Shown here one piece after another: positions 16,803-29,771 of a stretch of DNA of 64,000 bases (the stretch's first letter is position 1; the number at the start of each line of letters is the position of its first letter). The DNA is from the human T2T-CHM13v2.0 reference genome, Homo sapiens. The stretch lies in NCBI RefSeq assembly GCF_009914755.1, contig NC_060936.1; one strand, written 5' to 3'. The notes beneath the pieces were generated by a model. It searched no databases and had not been told where the DNA came from. It worked only from the letters and a program-made list of their open reading frames with translations. The translations under genes were made by a program, and so were the position numbers.

Positions 16803-16974
16803 CAGAGCCAGACACACAATTTGAATGACCCAGTGCAAAATGAAAATGTGAAACCCCTTGTTAACAATTATTAAGAATTTCAAAACAGCAACAGCAGAGC
16901 CATAAACCATGATGACCTTTTAACTGTGGGGACTGTTTAACTGCACAGATCATATGCCCACAAAATCTGTCCTG
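16803..16974 (-). mobile_element. MER45A (hAT-Tip100) element
   Basis: cccagtgcaaaatgaaaatg...cccttgttaacaattattaagaatttcaa matches MER45A; cag...cctg ends. Confidence 0.85.
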
Positions 16975-18111
16975 CCCTGGGAGCAGACTACAATTTTAAA
17001 TGGAGAGGATTTCAATTTTGATATATTGCCATGTGCTGGTGATGATTTCTTATGTTAGATAAGTACCTGCATATACAATAAACCCTTTAGATTCTAAATT
17101 TGTGGCAGTTTCCCATTTCATTTATTTATTAAATGAGAAGATAATAAATTTAATATTGTAATAAAAGATACGTTTGGAGAATAAATAACTTATAAACTTA
17201 TATTTAAAAGATATCCACAATTTTTAAAAGTTGAAATATTTTTGGAATGTATACATACAGAATTTATGCTTCTTTACCCTGCAACAATAAAATACAACAT
17301 TCCAACTCAAAAAAATATATAAAAGGATGGCATAGGGAGAAAGAAAGTGTTTTCTGAAATTAAGATGTTTATCAGTTCTCGATCCATGAATAACATAATC
17401 AATGACTAACCATAAAAAATAAGAAAAACTTCAGACAGTTTGTATAAGTCAACAGGAGAAACTCAAAAAACGTGGGGAAAGAAATATGCTGGGCTGTGTT
17501 TTATCAGCACAAGAGCAATGAGTCATTTAGGGGATGCTGGAATCTCTTGAGTAAGATCCACTTGACAAAGCATTTATGCCATCTGATGTCACTGTGACTC
17601 ATGACGAAACTATTATTTTTGAAAACTGGCTTGTTTTCTTTAGCATGAATCACTAACTTGAGTTTTTAAAAATATGTTCATCTTCTAGCCACAGTAGAAA
17701 CAAAATTAATTTTGAGGAAGGTGAGAATCGAGTAGCCAGGGTGCTTATAGTCTCAAGTCAGGTACCAGGAAGGAAAAGCTCTACTGAGTTCACACATAAA
17801 AGGTAGCTGCCGATTGTAGACAATTTTGCCTCCTCTGGCTCCATTCTCTAACAGAGTCTATATTTTTCCACCACCCAATACCTATCGATTTATAACATTA
17901 AGCCAGAAAACAAAAAGCCATCCTTCCCCTATAAGACGAGTAATAAGCATTGATAAAATCATTTCATGGATAGAAATTTTGTTAAAAGTTTAGCATTGTG
18001 ACATTTTAGTCCATCTGCAATTTTCTACTATTTATTCTGAAACTGTCTGTAGACCCAGTTTTGATTCTATTTAATCGTTATGGAATTGTTCCACTCAAAT
18101 ACATAAGGCTG

Positions 18112-18136
18112 CACACACATACACACACACACACAC
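18112..18136. repeat. (CA)n microsatellite
   Basis: Read directly from the sequence. Confidence 0.9.
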
Positions 18137-18644
18137 CATGCTATTTATACAATTACATTAAGGGATTCCACTTATGTTGAAAATAACAGTGTTACTGTTA
18201 ACTTGTGTCTTCTTATGTATAACAGATGGTTTACATGTTGTTTTTTAAAGAGTAGATTTGATATAAAGGTAGCTATGAGACTGTACAACTCCCTCTGTGA
18301 GTACTGTTGATTTTGATGAATTGGTTCTTTTTTCTCCCAAATGACAATATGTTCAAACAGCTGTTGAACATTCAACCAACAACTATTAGGGTGACCCTAC
18401 CCTCTGAGGATGTATCATCTTATTCTGAAAATATTCATTCATCTTTTTGGGTTCTCACATCATAATGAATGCATCTGTTATAAATTAATATTATAAAATT
18501 AATATTTGTGGAATTATAAGGGCTTCTACCTCTATAGTAAAGATATGTATTTTTAACTTTTTGAAGACTATATGCTACAAGAAAGGATAGTTTCATGAAA
18601 ATATTGAGTAAAGTTAGGAAATGAATAGTTATGAATGCAAAAAC

Positions 18645-18850
18645 ATTAGCTAAACTATTTTCTGAGCTTTTACAATGTATTAGTAGTTTTATATATATGA
18701 GTTCATTTTATTTTCTTAAAAACTCCTATGAAGTCAGCACCATTGATATCTCTATTTTAAGGATGAGGAATCTGAGGCTTGAATAATTTTAGTAACTTTT
18801 CCAAAGTCCCATAGCTTGAAAGTGAAGGAGAAAAGATTTGACTTTAGGCC
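18645..18850 (-). mobile_element. MIR
   Basis: Core ttttaaggatgaggaatctgaggct...agtaactttt...gatttgactttagg. Confidence 0.75.
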
Positions 18851-19395
18851 TCAGCACCTACGGACTTATGTATTACATTATTATGTAATTCAGAGCCCCC
18901 TTTAGTTATTAATTCATATTTTAAACATTTATTATATTGGCCTGTGATGTAGACAGGTATGCTAGAAGCATATTAGAAAATGGTTTGCACATAGTATGTT
19001 TTATTGCATCATGTGAGTCCTCACGAGCATTGCAGAAATTTCATATAGGAAGCAACAGCACTAAATTTTATTATCATCTTAACAAAAATTTAACTTGAAA
19101 TTTTTCTAGAAAGCTAAATCTGATAGGCATCCATTGAATGGATAAAGGACATCTATTCCAATTATGGAAATTAAGGGACAAAATAAAGACAGAGAGAAAA
19201 TACTTCAGTATTTTTACCAAAATGCAGGTTAGCATTTCACTTTTTTGTTGGCTTAAGTCTCTTCTACCTCCATATATAAGTTGCACTTTGAAGACAAGTA
19301 TACTAATGTTCTTGTGTTATGTTCTCAGTGTCTACCTCAGTATTTGACATGTGGTTAATTTACAGTAAATACATACAAAGCAGGGAGGCAGAGAA

Positions 19396-19759
19396 TGATA
19401 TTGTTTGGCTGTGTCCCCACCCAAATCTCATCTTGAATTGTAGCTCCTGTAATTCCCACGTGTTGTGGGAGGGACCCGGTGGGAGATAATTGAATCATGA
19501 GGGTGGTTTCCTCCATACTGTTCCTGTGGTAGTGAATAGGTCTCACAAAATCTGATGATTTTATAAGGGGAAACTCCTTTCACTTGGCTCTTCATTTGCT
19601 CTTTGCCTGCCACCATGTAAGACATACCTTTCGCCTTCCACCATGACTGTGAGGCCTTCCCAGCCATGCAGAACTGTGAGTCCATTAAACCTCTTTTTCT
19701 TTATAAATTACCCAGTCTCCAGTATGTCTTTATCAGTAGTGTGAAAATGGAATAATACA
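19396..19759 (+). mobile_element. THE1 solo LTR
   Basis: tgatattgtttggctgtgtcccc...aataataca; perfect 5-bp TSD gagaa / gagaa. Confidence 0.95.
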
Positions 19760-19789
19760 GAGAAGGAGTGAGGAAAGAGGTGGAAGGGA

Positions 19790-19862
19790 AAAAGGAAGGA
19801 AGGAAGGAAGGAAGGAAGGAAGGAAGGAAGGAAGGAAAGAATTAAAGTAGGAAGGAAGAAAG
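19790..19862. repeat. (GGAA)n microsatellite within a purine-rich tract
   Basis: About 11 consecutive GGAA/AAGG units. Confidence 0.95.
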
Positions 19863-20339
19863 GGTAGAAGAAAGATGTAACGAGAATAAGAGAGAAATTA
19901 TTTAAGAAGATATTAAAACAATAATAGCTATTATATGAGGAGTTAGAAAAAGAGGGCTTTAACCATAAATGAACAGAAACTTTTCTTAAGTTCACTTCAT
20001 AACATACAGCATATTTGAGAAATAATTAGAAGTTGTGATAATTTCACCATGTCACATGGAAACTTATCTCGTTATGTTTAATTCAAACTTTGTATAATTA
20101 TATATAATTCCTAAATAGCCCTTTACTTTTAAAAGTGGGTAATGATATAACAATAAAACTAATTTATTCAGGCATGTTTATCCCCACACAAAATCTTTTA
20201 AACAAGTTTTCAAGAATCTGAATTTCAGTTATAACAGCTGTCTTTTCTATTACTTAAACATACTTTGTAATTTTTTTCTTAAAGTAAACTACCATACCAA
20301 GAAAACAGAAACAAAAAAGCAAGCATGCTAATTTGTACA

Positions 20340-20540
20340 CTTAGAAATTAAAGTAGAAGCTATTCTTGGAGAGGGAGTGGCAGTAGCTGATGGGTGAGGA
20401 GCATAAGGGAAGATTCTGGCTGTTGGTTATGCTCTGTTTCTTGATCTGGGTGCTGATTATATTATTGTTTGGTGTTTGTGCAAACTACCAAGCTGTATGT
20501 TTTTCTGTATGTATATTATACTTGAGTAAAAAGTTTAAAC
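20340..20540 (+). mobile_element. L1ME-like 3' end
   Basis: ctgtttcttgatctgggtgctg...ttttctgtatgtatattatactt...aaaaagtttaa. Confidence 0.7.
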
Positions 20541-20923
20541 TTTTAGAGAGTCAATCTTGCTCCATGTTGTGGTTTGTGCAAACATCAAGGCATAATCACA
20601 GAACAAAAAAATTTAAGACCCAAGCTTCAATCGCAAAGCTGACAGATTTCTACACTTAGGCTCTTAAGCATTATTCTTGTGCTCTTTTCTTGTCCTAAGC
20701 AATATTTACTGTACACACAGCTAAGGAAGTCTACTCCTTTTACTCTGTCACTATAATATGCTTTAGCTAGACTTATTTGATGTCTTAGATCAGCATCAGT
20801 TTTAGATTATTATTCTGTGTATGAATGGTTAAAGTTTAGTAATCATGTTACCTAAATTTCAAAAGGGAAAATATTGGGCTTTTACAAAAATGTACTTTCA
20901 AATCAAGTAGTTTTGTTGTGTTT

Positions 20924-21001
20924 CTGAAAAGGAAAGAGCAAACAAAACTAGAAATTGTGCTACTGAAAAGGAAAGAGCAAACAAAACTAGAAATTGTGCT
21001 A
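20924..21001. repeat. perfect 2 x 39-bp tandem duplication
   Basis: ctgaaaaggaaagagcaaacaaaactagaaattgtgcta occurs twice, identical. Confidence 0.97.
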
Positions 21002-22990
21002 TTATTTGCTTCAATTTATCCACCTGAGATTAGTTAATCTACTCATAATGTAAGATGTGTTGTTTCAGGCAGATAACTATATAATATGTTGGTATGTTGT
21101 ATTTTGTTTGTTACTATTGTGAAAAATAGTCCCACTGGTTTTCCAAAAGATACAGTAAACTGCCCACTAATTGCCAAAGGTGTTTATAAACCATCAGTCA
21201 TCCCATACAGGAGGTACATATAAACATTAAACAGGACAAACTATTAATTTACTATTAATTAAAACTACTGAATTTGTGCCAAATTAATTCAAATAAACAT
21301 AAAAATTAAGAAATAAACCATTTTGGTGGACAACAGTGCAATTTTAGTTTATATATTAACTACTGCCTCTGCTTCATATGTTGGCCCTACCTAATATTAT
21401 CTTTTTTTATTCCTTTTGGTGGTGTTCATTAATCTTTGAAAGCAAACATGAAAAAATATAAATCATCTCATTTAGTATCTTGCCCTTGCAAAAAAGATAG
21501 TAACTTTAAAATGAAAAGCAGTAAAAGGGTAAATGTACTGGCATGCTGGATCTATTCAGCTCTTCAATTCCTTTCCCTTCTGAAAAATGAAGGGGGTAAA
21601 CTCATTGAGAAGTTATTAATAGTTTGCCAATTGATTCATATGTCATTGCACTATACAAAATTTGTAGAAAGGAGAAAAATGGCTTTAATATATTTGAATG
21701 CTCTGTGCAACAAATGTCCTATTCCTCTGATAAGTGGTAGCTGTCAACTGATGACAGATACATGCCTTATAATAGGGAGATGCCAGTTACCAAGTGAAAG
21801 ATAATGTTTCATATATTTGAAAGTTAAGTTGAGATGGGGATAAGACACTAGTTTACCTAGACTTCCACTGTAAACAAAAGTATGCTAGTTTTGGGAGAGT
21901 TCGGGTATTCCCTGCCCTTGAAATATGCAGTTGATTCTTCCTACCTCCTAGCACTATATACTATAATCTAAGCTGTTGTCATTGTAGTAGTGATAGATTT
22001 GCTCTAATAATGAAAATGAATTTGCTTTAACCCAATCATGGTTTCTCATGGTTTGTGACAACCTGCAATTGAAACTGACCTCAGAATGGGAAAAAATAAT
22101 CAAATGTTGTGCTCTTTTTTTGGCCAAAGGACTTCCTCTGCCTTAGAGCACAATTTTTTTAAAAAACAGACATCAAGAAGAAAACTTGTAATTATAATTA
22201 TTACAAAAAAAAAAGCTCAGAAAGACAAATTTGAAGCAAATATAACAAATTACAACAAACTACACAGAGTTCATTCTTAAACACCTTATATAAGAATATA
22301 AATTCAATAAAATTTGAAAAAATAGAAATATCATGTCAATAATTTAAAACATTGATACTACAAGAGAAAGCAAGAATTTTGTATTAAAACTTAGTTTTCC
22401 CTCACCTTTAGTCCTAACCCCTTTGTTCCTTTTCCATGACTAACAGTTCTGATATTATTTCCTTTCTGAATTGTAGGTTGCCTTGCAATTATCTTCAAAA
22501 TTTGAAGAAGTAGATTATGCTGTCAGAAATACATAGCATATTTTGTTAGTCTTGATTAGTGATTTTTTCCTGATAAGTATTTCAAAAGCCTAAAATGCTA
22601 AGTTGTGAGGTTTTCTGAGAGAAAATAAAAACTCATCTCTTGGAAAGTCATTACTTTATAAATTGTTTTTATTCAAACAATGGAAGATAACATAAAAATC
22701 AGCTGAAACATGAAATAAGGGGAAAAAGTGCAAGAAATAAACACTCAAGGTGAGCCTCAACAAATCCATAACTTAATGGAAACCTAATTTTACATACTTA
22801 TATATGTATGGGTAGCATGAATATTTTGATGATTTTGCAGTGTCTAATTCTAGAACGTTCTTGTTTCAATACTGTTTCTACTTCACAGTTTATTATTAGG
22901 AAATTTGATATAAATTTTTGGCTAAGTTTTATACTCTTCTCTTCCAGGTTTCTTTTTCCCTTACTATCCTTTCTGAAAATTTATGTTAAC

Positions 22991-23200
22991 CAGTTATTTT
23001 AATCAGGAGGAATTTCATCCCCAGAAGACATCTGGCAGTGTCTGTAGACGTTTTTGTTGGTCATAATGGGGGATGGGAAGGTTGTATTCTCTATTGATAC
23101 AAACTAATGATGCTGTTAAATAGCCTACAATGCATAGGCAAGCCCCCCACAACAAAATTGCCGGGCTTTAAATGCCTAACACCATTGTTGAGAAACCCTG
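22991..23200 (+). mobile_element. MER20 (hAT-Charlie)
   Basis: gacatctggcagtgtctgtagacgttttt...gatgctgttaaatagcctacaatgcatagg...gttgagaaaccctg. Confidence 0.85.
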
Positions 23201-23298
23201 ATCTAAACCATGATGGTAAAATAAACTCTGTAACTGACCCATTGTTTATGTTTTTTTCTAAACAAACAAACAAATGTTCTCAGTATTTCAATAGTTCT

Positions 23299-25480
23299 TG
23301 TGTTGGTTACCTGTTGTGGTATAAAAGCCCCAAACAGTAGCTTAAAACAGTAGCAATCAATTATTTTGTTCATGAACTCAGCAGTTGAGTGGGCTCAGCA
23401 TGTGAGTGTTTGTCTCACCTGTGTCTTTCATGCAGCAGCAGTCACACAATGTCTGAGGATGGGGTTATCTTAAAAGGCCTATCACTTGCATAGCCAGGGC
23501 CTGGGCTAGAAAGAATTAAACAACTAGTGCTGAAACAGTAGAGGCTGCATGGACATCTCCTCTCTGTATATGGTTTCTTTACTTGATCTCTCTACATCAG
23601 GGGTCCCCAATCCCCTGACCATGGACCACTACCCATCTGTGGTCTGCTAGGAACCAGGCTGCACAGCAGGAGGTGAACAGCAGGCAAGGGACCATTACCA
23701 CCTAAGCTTCACCTCCTGTCAGATCAGCGGGGTCATTAGATTCTTATAGGAGCAAGAACCAGAACCCTATTGTGAACTGTGCAGGTAAGAAATCTAGGCT
23801 GCATGCTCCTTATGAGTGTCTAACTAATGTCTGTTTATCTGAGGTGGGTCAGTTTCATCCCCAAACCATCCCACCCCCTCCATGGAAAAATTCTTTTCTA
23901 TGAAACTAGTCCCTGGTGTCAAAAAGTTTGGGGACCACTGCTCTACACGGTGGCCTTAGGGTACCTGGGTTTCTTTACATGATGGTTACGTTCTTAAAGA
24001 GACAATGTCCTCAAAAAGACTGGCACAAGCTGAACAAATGTTTCTCTAAAGTTGCACAGTATTTTTCTACCATATTCTGTTCTTCAAGTTAGTCACAATA
24101 TCCTGTCCAGGTTCAAGGAAAGTTAACATAGCCCCTACCTCTTAAATGAATGAAGATTGTCAAGAACTTGAGGGCATGGTCCACCTTCGTATCACAAGTA
24201 CTTATACTTTCACTACGTGCAAAATACACTCACTCCCTCTCAAGACTTTCAAATGTCTCATATATTGTAATATCACACTCAGGTTTGAGGTTTTAGTATC
24301 CTGTTATCTAAATGAGATCCATGCACGTAAGAAGCTCTGTGCCTGTGGTTGTTTCAGTACAGCTCCTTCAGTGCTGTTTCTCTCAACCTGTAGATCTATG
24401 ATCTAAAGAGACAAGTTATCTGCCCACCATATAGCTAACATACAATGATGGCTCACATATAGAAGAACTGATACAATTCCATTCAAAATAGGTAAGATGG
24501 GAGGCAATCAGAGTCACTGATTCATAGCAATTCTGAAATCCAGCTGAGTACATGTTGCCAGTTTCTTGATGATGGCTCAGTCTTATTGCCTAGGAATGAT
24601 TTATCATACCTCTTTGGTCTGCCTTCTGGGTCTTGATTTTGTTGTCTGAATCATCCTTCCTTTTACATAAGAAGTGACTGGTGTTTGCAGCTGAGTGTTC
24701 GCAGCTAGCTTTCTGCTCACAGAAATCCTGAAATCCAACTTCCTTTTAAATTTTTACTGTCCCTGTTCTTGCATTCCCACCTGATAAAATTTCTTTAAAA
24801 CTATGTGGGTTTTCAATGAATTAATGTGCAATTCTTTCTATTAGAAAAAATACACACTCACAGATCTCAAGGATGTTGTGGGGAAAGTCTTTGAAGTTAT
24901 TAGATCTCCTGTTATTTTACAGAGATTATCTGTGAGGAACAACCTTGGCATCATTAAAAGACTTCTTGACTCTTTGAGAGAGTCTACAAAACTTAACCTT
25001 AGGTCTTTTGGGATCCTTAACAGAGGGCTATCTTGAATTTGATCTTTCATTATAAAACATGTCTTAATTTAAAAATATTTTGCAAATGAGAGAGCCTTGG
25101 ACTGAGAAATATTGTGGTGGTGGACAGGTGGGGGAAAGGAACAAAGAAATTCTGATTTCTTTCCATTTTCTCTAAATATGACTTAAGATTAAATGTAAAC
25201 TTTTCCAACTTTCTTGCTTTGTTATCTCTCTACATGGCATCCTCAGGGTTGCTGGATTTCTTGGTAGCTAAAGTCTCCGAAATCATGTGTTCCAAGAGAG
25301 ACCTACAGAAGCTGCATGACCTTTATAATCTAGCCTCAAAGTTATGCAATATCAATTATTCTTCAATGTATTTATTGAGACAGTCCTACAAAGCCCTCAG
25401 GTTCAAGGTGGTGGAAACAGACTTGACCTCCTAATGGGAAGGAGAGTCAAAGAGCTGGTGACATTTTAAACTACTGCAAT
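23299..25480 (-). mobile_element. old MLT1 (J/K-like) MaLR element: LTR about 23299-24175, internal part, partial LTR about 25220-25480
   Basis: Two related LTR-like blocks (both contain atctctctacat and caggttcaagg) flank MLT-int-like sequence (ctaaagagacaagttatctgccc...acatacaatgatgg). Confidence 0.65.
23598..23940 (+). mobile_element. MER1B (hAT-Charlie) inserted in the MLT1 LTR
   Basis: caggggtccccaa ... ttggggaccactg ends; 8-bp TSD ctctacat / ctctacac. Confidence 0.93.
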
Positions 25481-25999
25481 GTTCTATATGTTATGTTTAT
25501 TTTAAAGTACTACCCCAATTAGGTCCTATTAATATTAACATCTATATCATCTGTTCATGATTCAAGTTTTTCCCATCATGATCTAGCTCCTTACTCCCTA
25601 TATCTCCTTTTAAAGTCTCACTCAATCATCCAACAAAAATTATTAAAGATGGCTTACCTGGATCAGGAGCAATAAGAAAAAAATTAAATACAGGACATGA
25701 TTTACGACCTTAAGGCACTCATAAGTTAGTTGAAGAAAATTCTAAAATATGAAACACAATTCTAGACTATCAACTGATATAATAGCATGTTAAAAATGAA
25801 ATTTGGATTTAGTCATTATAAAGTAGAGGCATTGTTTATAGAAATTCAAGAAGATAATTAAAATGAATCCTCTCACTCACATCAAAGATACATGGTGGTT
25901 GAGAGTTGGGAAATAATAAACCATAATATTTAAGGAAGATGTCTTTGGAGAGAGCTGAGCAATAAGTTGTATACTCTGCCCTTCCTCATACTCCCACTT

Positions 26000-26830
26000 A
26001 CATACTCACATGAAAAAATGGAGGGTAAAATTAATCCCAAGTTGGTGAGAGAAACTTTGACCAATCAAGAATCTCATATGTGTTTGCTGATAGGTATGGG
26101 GCCAATGTAGAATGGTTATTGACTCATGCTTGAAAAACTAAAGGGGAAACAGAGAAGGTGGCAAGTGTGAAATAATCAGTTTTGCCCCAGTGATGTGTCA
26201 AACGTGCAAGAATGTGATGCACCATGTGTGGATCTAGCAGGAAGCACACTGGCCTGTAATCATTTAAAAAAGAATCTTGTCAAAAAGAATGACCTTGCAG
26301 GACCTGAAGATTTTAGTCAAGGCTTGGGTGCATTACGTCAACATTTGAGGATTAATTAGAAGAAACATAATTAAGAGAGGCCCTGCGCACACCAAGAGAG
26401 AGGGAATCTGAGAAATTTGAGACAGCCATAGAAATGCACCATAAGAAAAAAAAAAGTAGACTAGCGCAATTCATCTGGCTCAGAAGGCTTGGATTCACCT
26501 TTAAAATGTTCTTATCCACTTTCCTCTCTTCTTTCCCCTACCTTGACCGTAGATTCAGAAGAATCTTTGGCTAGCAAGTTTAGCATGGATTGGGGAGCTA
26601 GGGAAGACTGAACTATCATTTATCTGCCTTACATTACAAAGTCCCTTAGTGAGGAGGAGGAAAACACTTCAAATCAGGTTCAGAATTTGATTATTCTATG
26701 GGGTGGTTTATTCAAATTTTGCAGAATTGGGACTGTTTTTGCCTTAAAGTGACCATAAGGCTTTATATAACGTAAGATTGAACAAAAAAACACACGCAGT
26801 TTGCCAGAGGGTCCAAGCTGGGTCCCTGAT
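26000..26830 (+). mobile_element. possible ancient LTR (MamGypLTR-like)
   Basis: gggactgtttttgccttaaagtgaccataaggctttatataac resembles that family; weak match. Confidence 0.35.
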
Positions 26831-28329
26831 TGTTTAAGTCTATTTATGTAGCACGCCATGCTTCAATGAAATCTAATACTGTATGTTTTAAAGGAAAATA
26901 TTCAAATCTGTGATTGCGACATTTGATGCAGGTAGAATGGTTAGCCCAGATATTATTAATCTCATGTCATTCAATGATAGAACTGTGGATAATATTTATT
27001 TCCCTGGTGTTGCTAAATCACCCCATATGTCAAGCTCTTACATCCTAGATTAAGCAAATATCAACATAAATAACAAGGACAGTAAATAGAAGAATGTTAT
27101 GGCTGGGTGAGCACTTCAGCACTTTTCAGTCATATTTTAGTAATGGTTCTGTTCTCCCAGCAGTGAGCTCAAGAACTAGAGAAATGAGGATGACAGCAGG
27201 AGGGAGGGCACTGTTAACTGTGCATGACAGGAAGCAAGCATGGAGCAAACCGAAAGAGGGAACTGTAGCATTGCTACAGGCCAGAGAAGACTCTGAGCAT
27301 GCATCTTTTCCCAAAGATCCTAAAGGACAGAGTAAAACTGAGCCAGTGTCCTTACAGCAGTTAAACATCTGAAGTTGAGGCCCATCCTGTAGATGCCAAC
27401 AAAAGATTGAAGATTTATAATTCTATTGTGGGGCCTTTTCTTGGTAATGAACTAACTTGCTGAAAAAGTAAACACACACACACATTATAAAATATATATA
27501 TTGAAATGCTTTATTTTCCCATATCTTAATACATTTTGTGAACACATAGCACACTATCAAGACCACCTCAAAGACTGACCTGGAGGTCCCAAAGTATCAT
27601 ATCCTACCAAGTCAATAGTTTTTAAGGGATTTATCAACAGTCAACCATAAAATAATAACAGAGCTTTTGTTAAAACAGAATATATTGGCTGTTGTTACTA
27701 AAAGATTCTACATCTCTATTCATATCTCAGCATTGCTTTACTCTGTTCCCTCAGAGTAGCAAATAAAAACAAAAGCAGTTACCTAATTTGGTTTATTCAC
27801 ACACCTCAAAAATTAACTCTAGGTCAAATGTCTATTCCTCATTCTGGCTTTGGAGGTTATAAAGGGATGGAAACTGGGTCCTTACTAGTTGGTATACATA
27901 AAATTGTCTGATACATTTTAGTAGGGAGCATATGGTATGCATATGGAAAATATAGGTCCACCATATGCTGGTGTTAAACCCAGGTGTCGTCCTATTAATT
28001 ATTTGTGTTTCTTGAGAAGAATACAGAGACATATGTGCAATACTGGCATTGAATTCATGTTCAAATCTGTACAACTATTTTATACATGATAGCCACATCA
28101 CACAACATTTATTCAGTATTGTTTATATCAATTGACTAACAACATTGTCTCTTACTACTCTGAATTTTAAGAATATCAAACAACTAATGTTGCTAGTTTC
28201 ATCGTTGTTCCTCAGAAATTTATAAATAAATAATTACAGTGTATGACTTCCTACATAAATTCCCTAAGCCACTGTGGATGTTATGGAAATAAAATGTCTA
28301 TCTTAGACAAGAAACATTTGTTAAGATAA

Positions 28330-28752
28330 TGTGTTAGTTTTCTAGGGCTGCCAAAACATAGTGCCACAAACTGATTGGCTAAGAACATCAGAAATTTATT
28401 GTCTCACAATTCTGGAGGCCAGAAGTTTGAAATCAAGATGGCCCTTTGAAGGTTCCAGGAAAGGATCTGTTTCAGGCCTGTCTCCTGGTTTTGGCAGCCT
28501 CGGGGGCTCTTTGTCTGTCGCTGGCCATCTTCTTGCTGTGTTTCTTCACATTGTTTTCCCTCTGAGTAAGTCTGCATATCTGAATTTCCCCTTTTAATAA
28601 GTACCTATTATATTGAACAAGGGCTCACTCTAGTGACCTCATTTTAACATGAATACCTCTGTAAAGGCACTATTTCCAAATAAGGTCACATTCTATGGCA
28701 TTGGGGAACAAATACATGAGTTTGGGGGGGACACAAGTCAATCCCTGAAGGA
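28330..28752 (-). mobile_element. MLT1B/C solo LTR
   Basis: tgtgttagttttctagggctgcc...cagaaatttattgtctcacaattctggaggccagaag...ttccaaataaggtcacattct. Confidence 0.88.
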
Positions 28753-29771
28753 CAGTCTCCTTTTCCTTATCATTTTTTCTAACAGTTTAATTTTTAAAGT
28801 ATTTCAATTAAAATGTTAAAGTGCTATTGTAACATTTTTCAGTTCTCTGGAGATTGTAATACAAATAAAATGTAACAACTGCCTTAAATTTCATTGGTAA
28901 ATAGGCAAAAAGCATGTAATTAAACTGTTTCTCTCTGAAAAGATTTCTGAAATTGTGTGTTCACAAATTGTGTATGTGTAAGTCTTGTTTAGATAACAAT
29001 TAAAATAGGAAAGCAAAGTTTTTCCTTAATTTGAACATGTATTTGTTCGATACAATACCCATGCATTATAAATTTAACTTTTATAACATACTGAAAAACT
29101 TCAAACCTGTATAAAAAAACATTTTCATAGATTTTACCATATATATAATGTATATATCTTTTAAGTATGAAATGTTGCCTTTATGATTTAAAATTCATTA
29201 TTAATTATGGTTCAAAATAGTTTATGGCAAATGAGCACTCCAACACCCAATGATTCTTTTAAATTCTTGACTTCAGGATGCATACACCTATTTAATGATC
29301 TCCTCAGCACTGTTGTGTCTCCCCAAATTGTAATGCTTTAATGATGCAATTGGTCTTTGATAAAATTATAGGCATCTCTAATAATTTTCTGAAACTGATT
29401 TTTGCTCAATAACAAGTGTTTCAAAAACTGGGTCATCCAATGCTTTAAATTTGTTGTTATTACTTGCAGAGCCATCTTTTGGGACCCCTACCTCCTCTGG
29501 CCTACCATATTATATGGGGTATTTAAACAGCAGCATTATGTGTAGGTTGATTATGATATTTTTTCACTAATAATAACTATTAATAACTACCTGAGCTTCT
29601 ACATAATAGATGCAGTAGCTGGAGTGACATATTGGTTCATTCATGTGACATTCAAAATGAAAATAAGATGTGCTATGTTTGAAAGACAGCCTTTGATTTT
29701 GGTGAAATGTCATGTTATAATGTCAACATAAGTTATTTGTTAATTTACTGAAAGCTTAAAAATCAACATTA

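Noticed and set aside
20924-21001. CRISPR-like repeat
   Set aside because: Only two adjacent copies with no spacer, in a primate genomic context.
27094-27372. 92-aa ATG-initiated ORF in unique sequence
   Set aside because: No recognisable domain, promoter or splice context; the length is compatible with chance.
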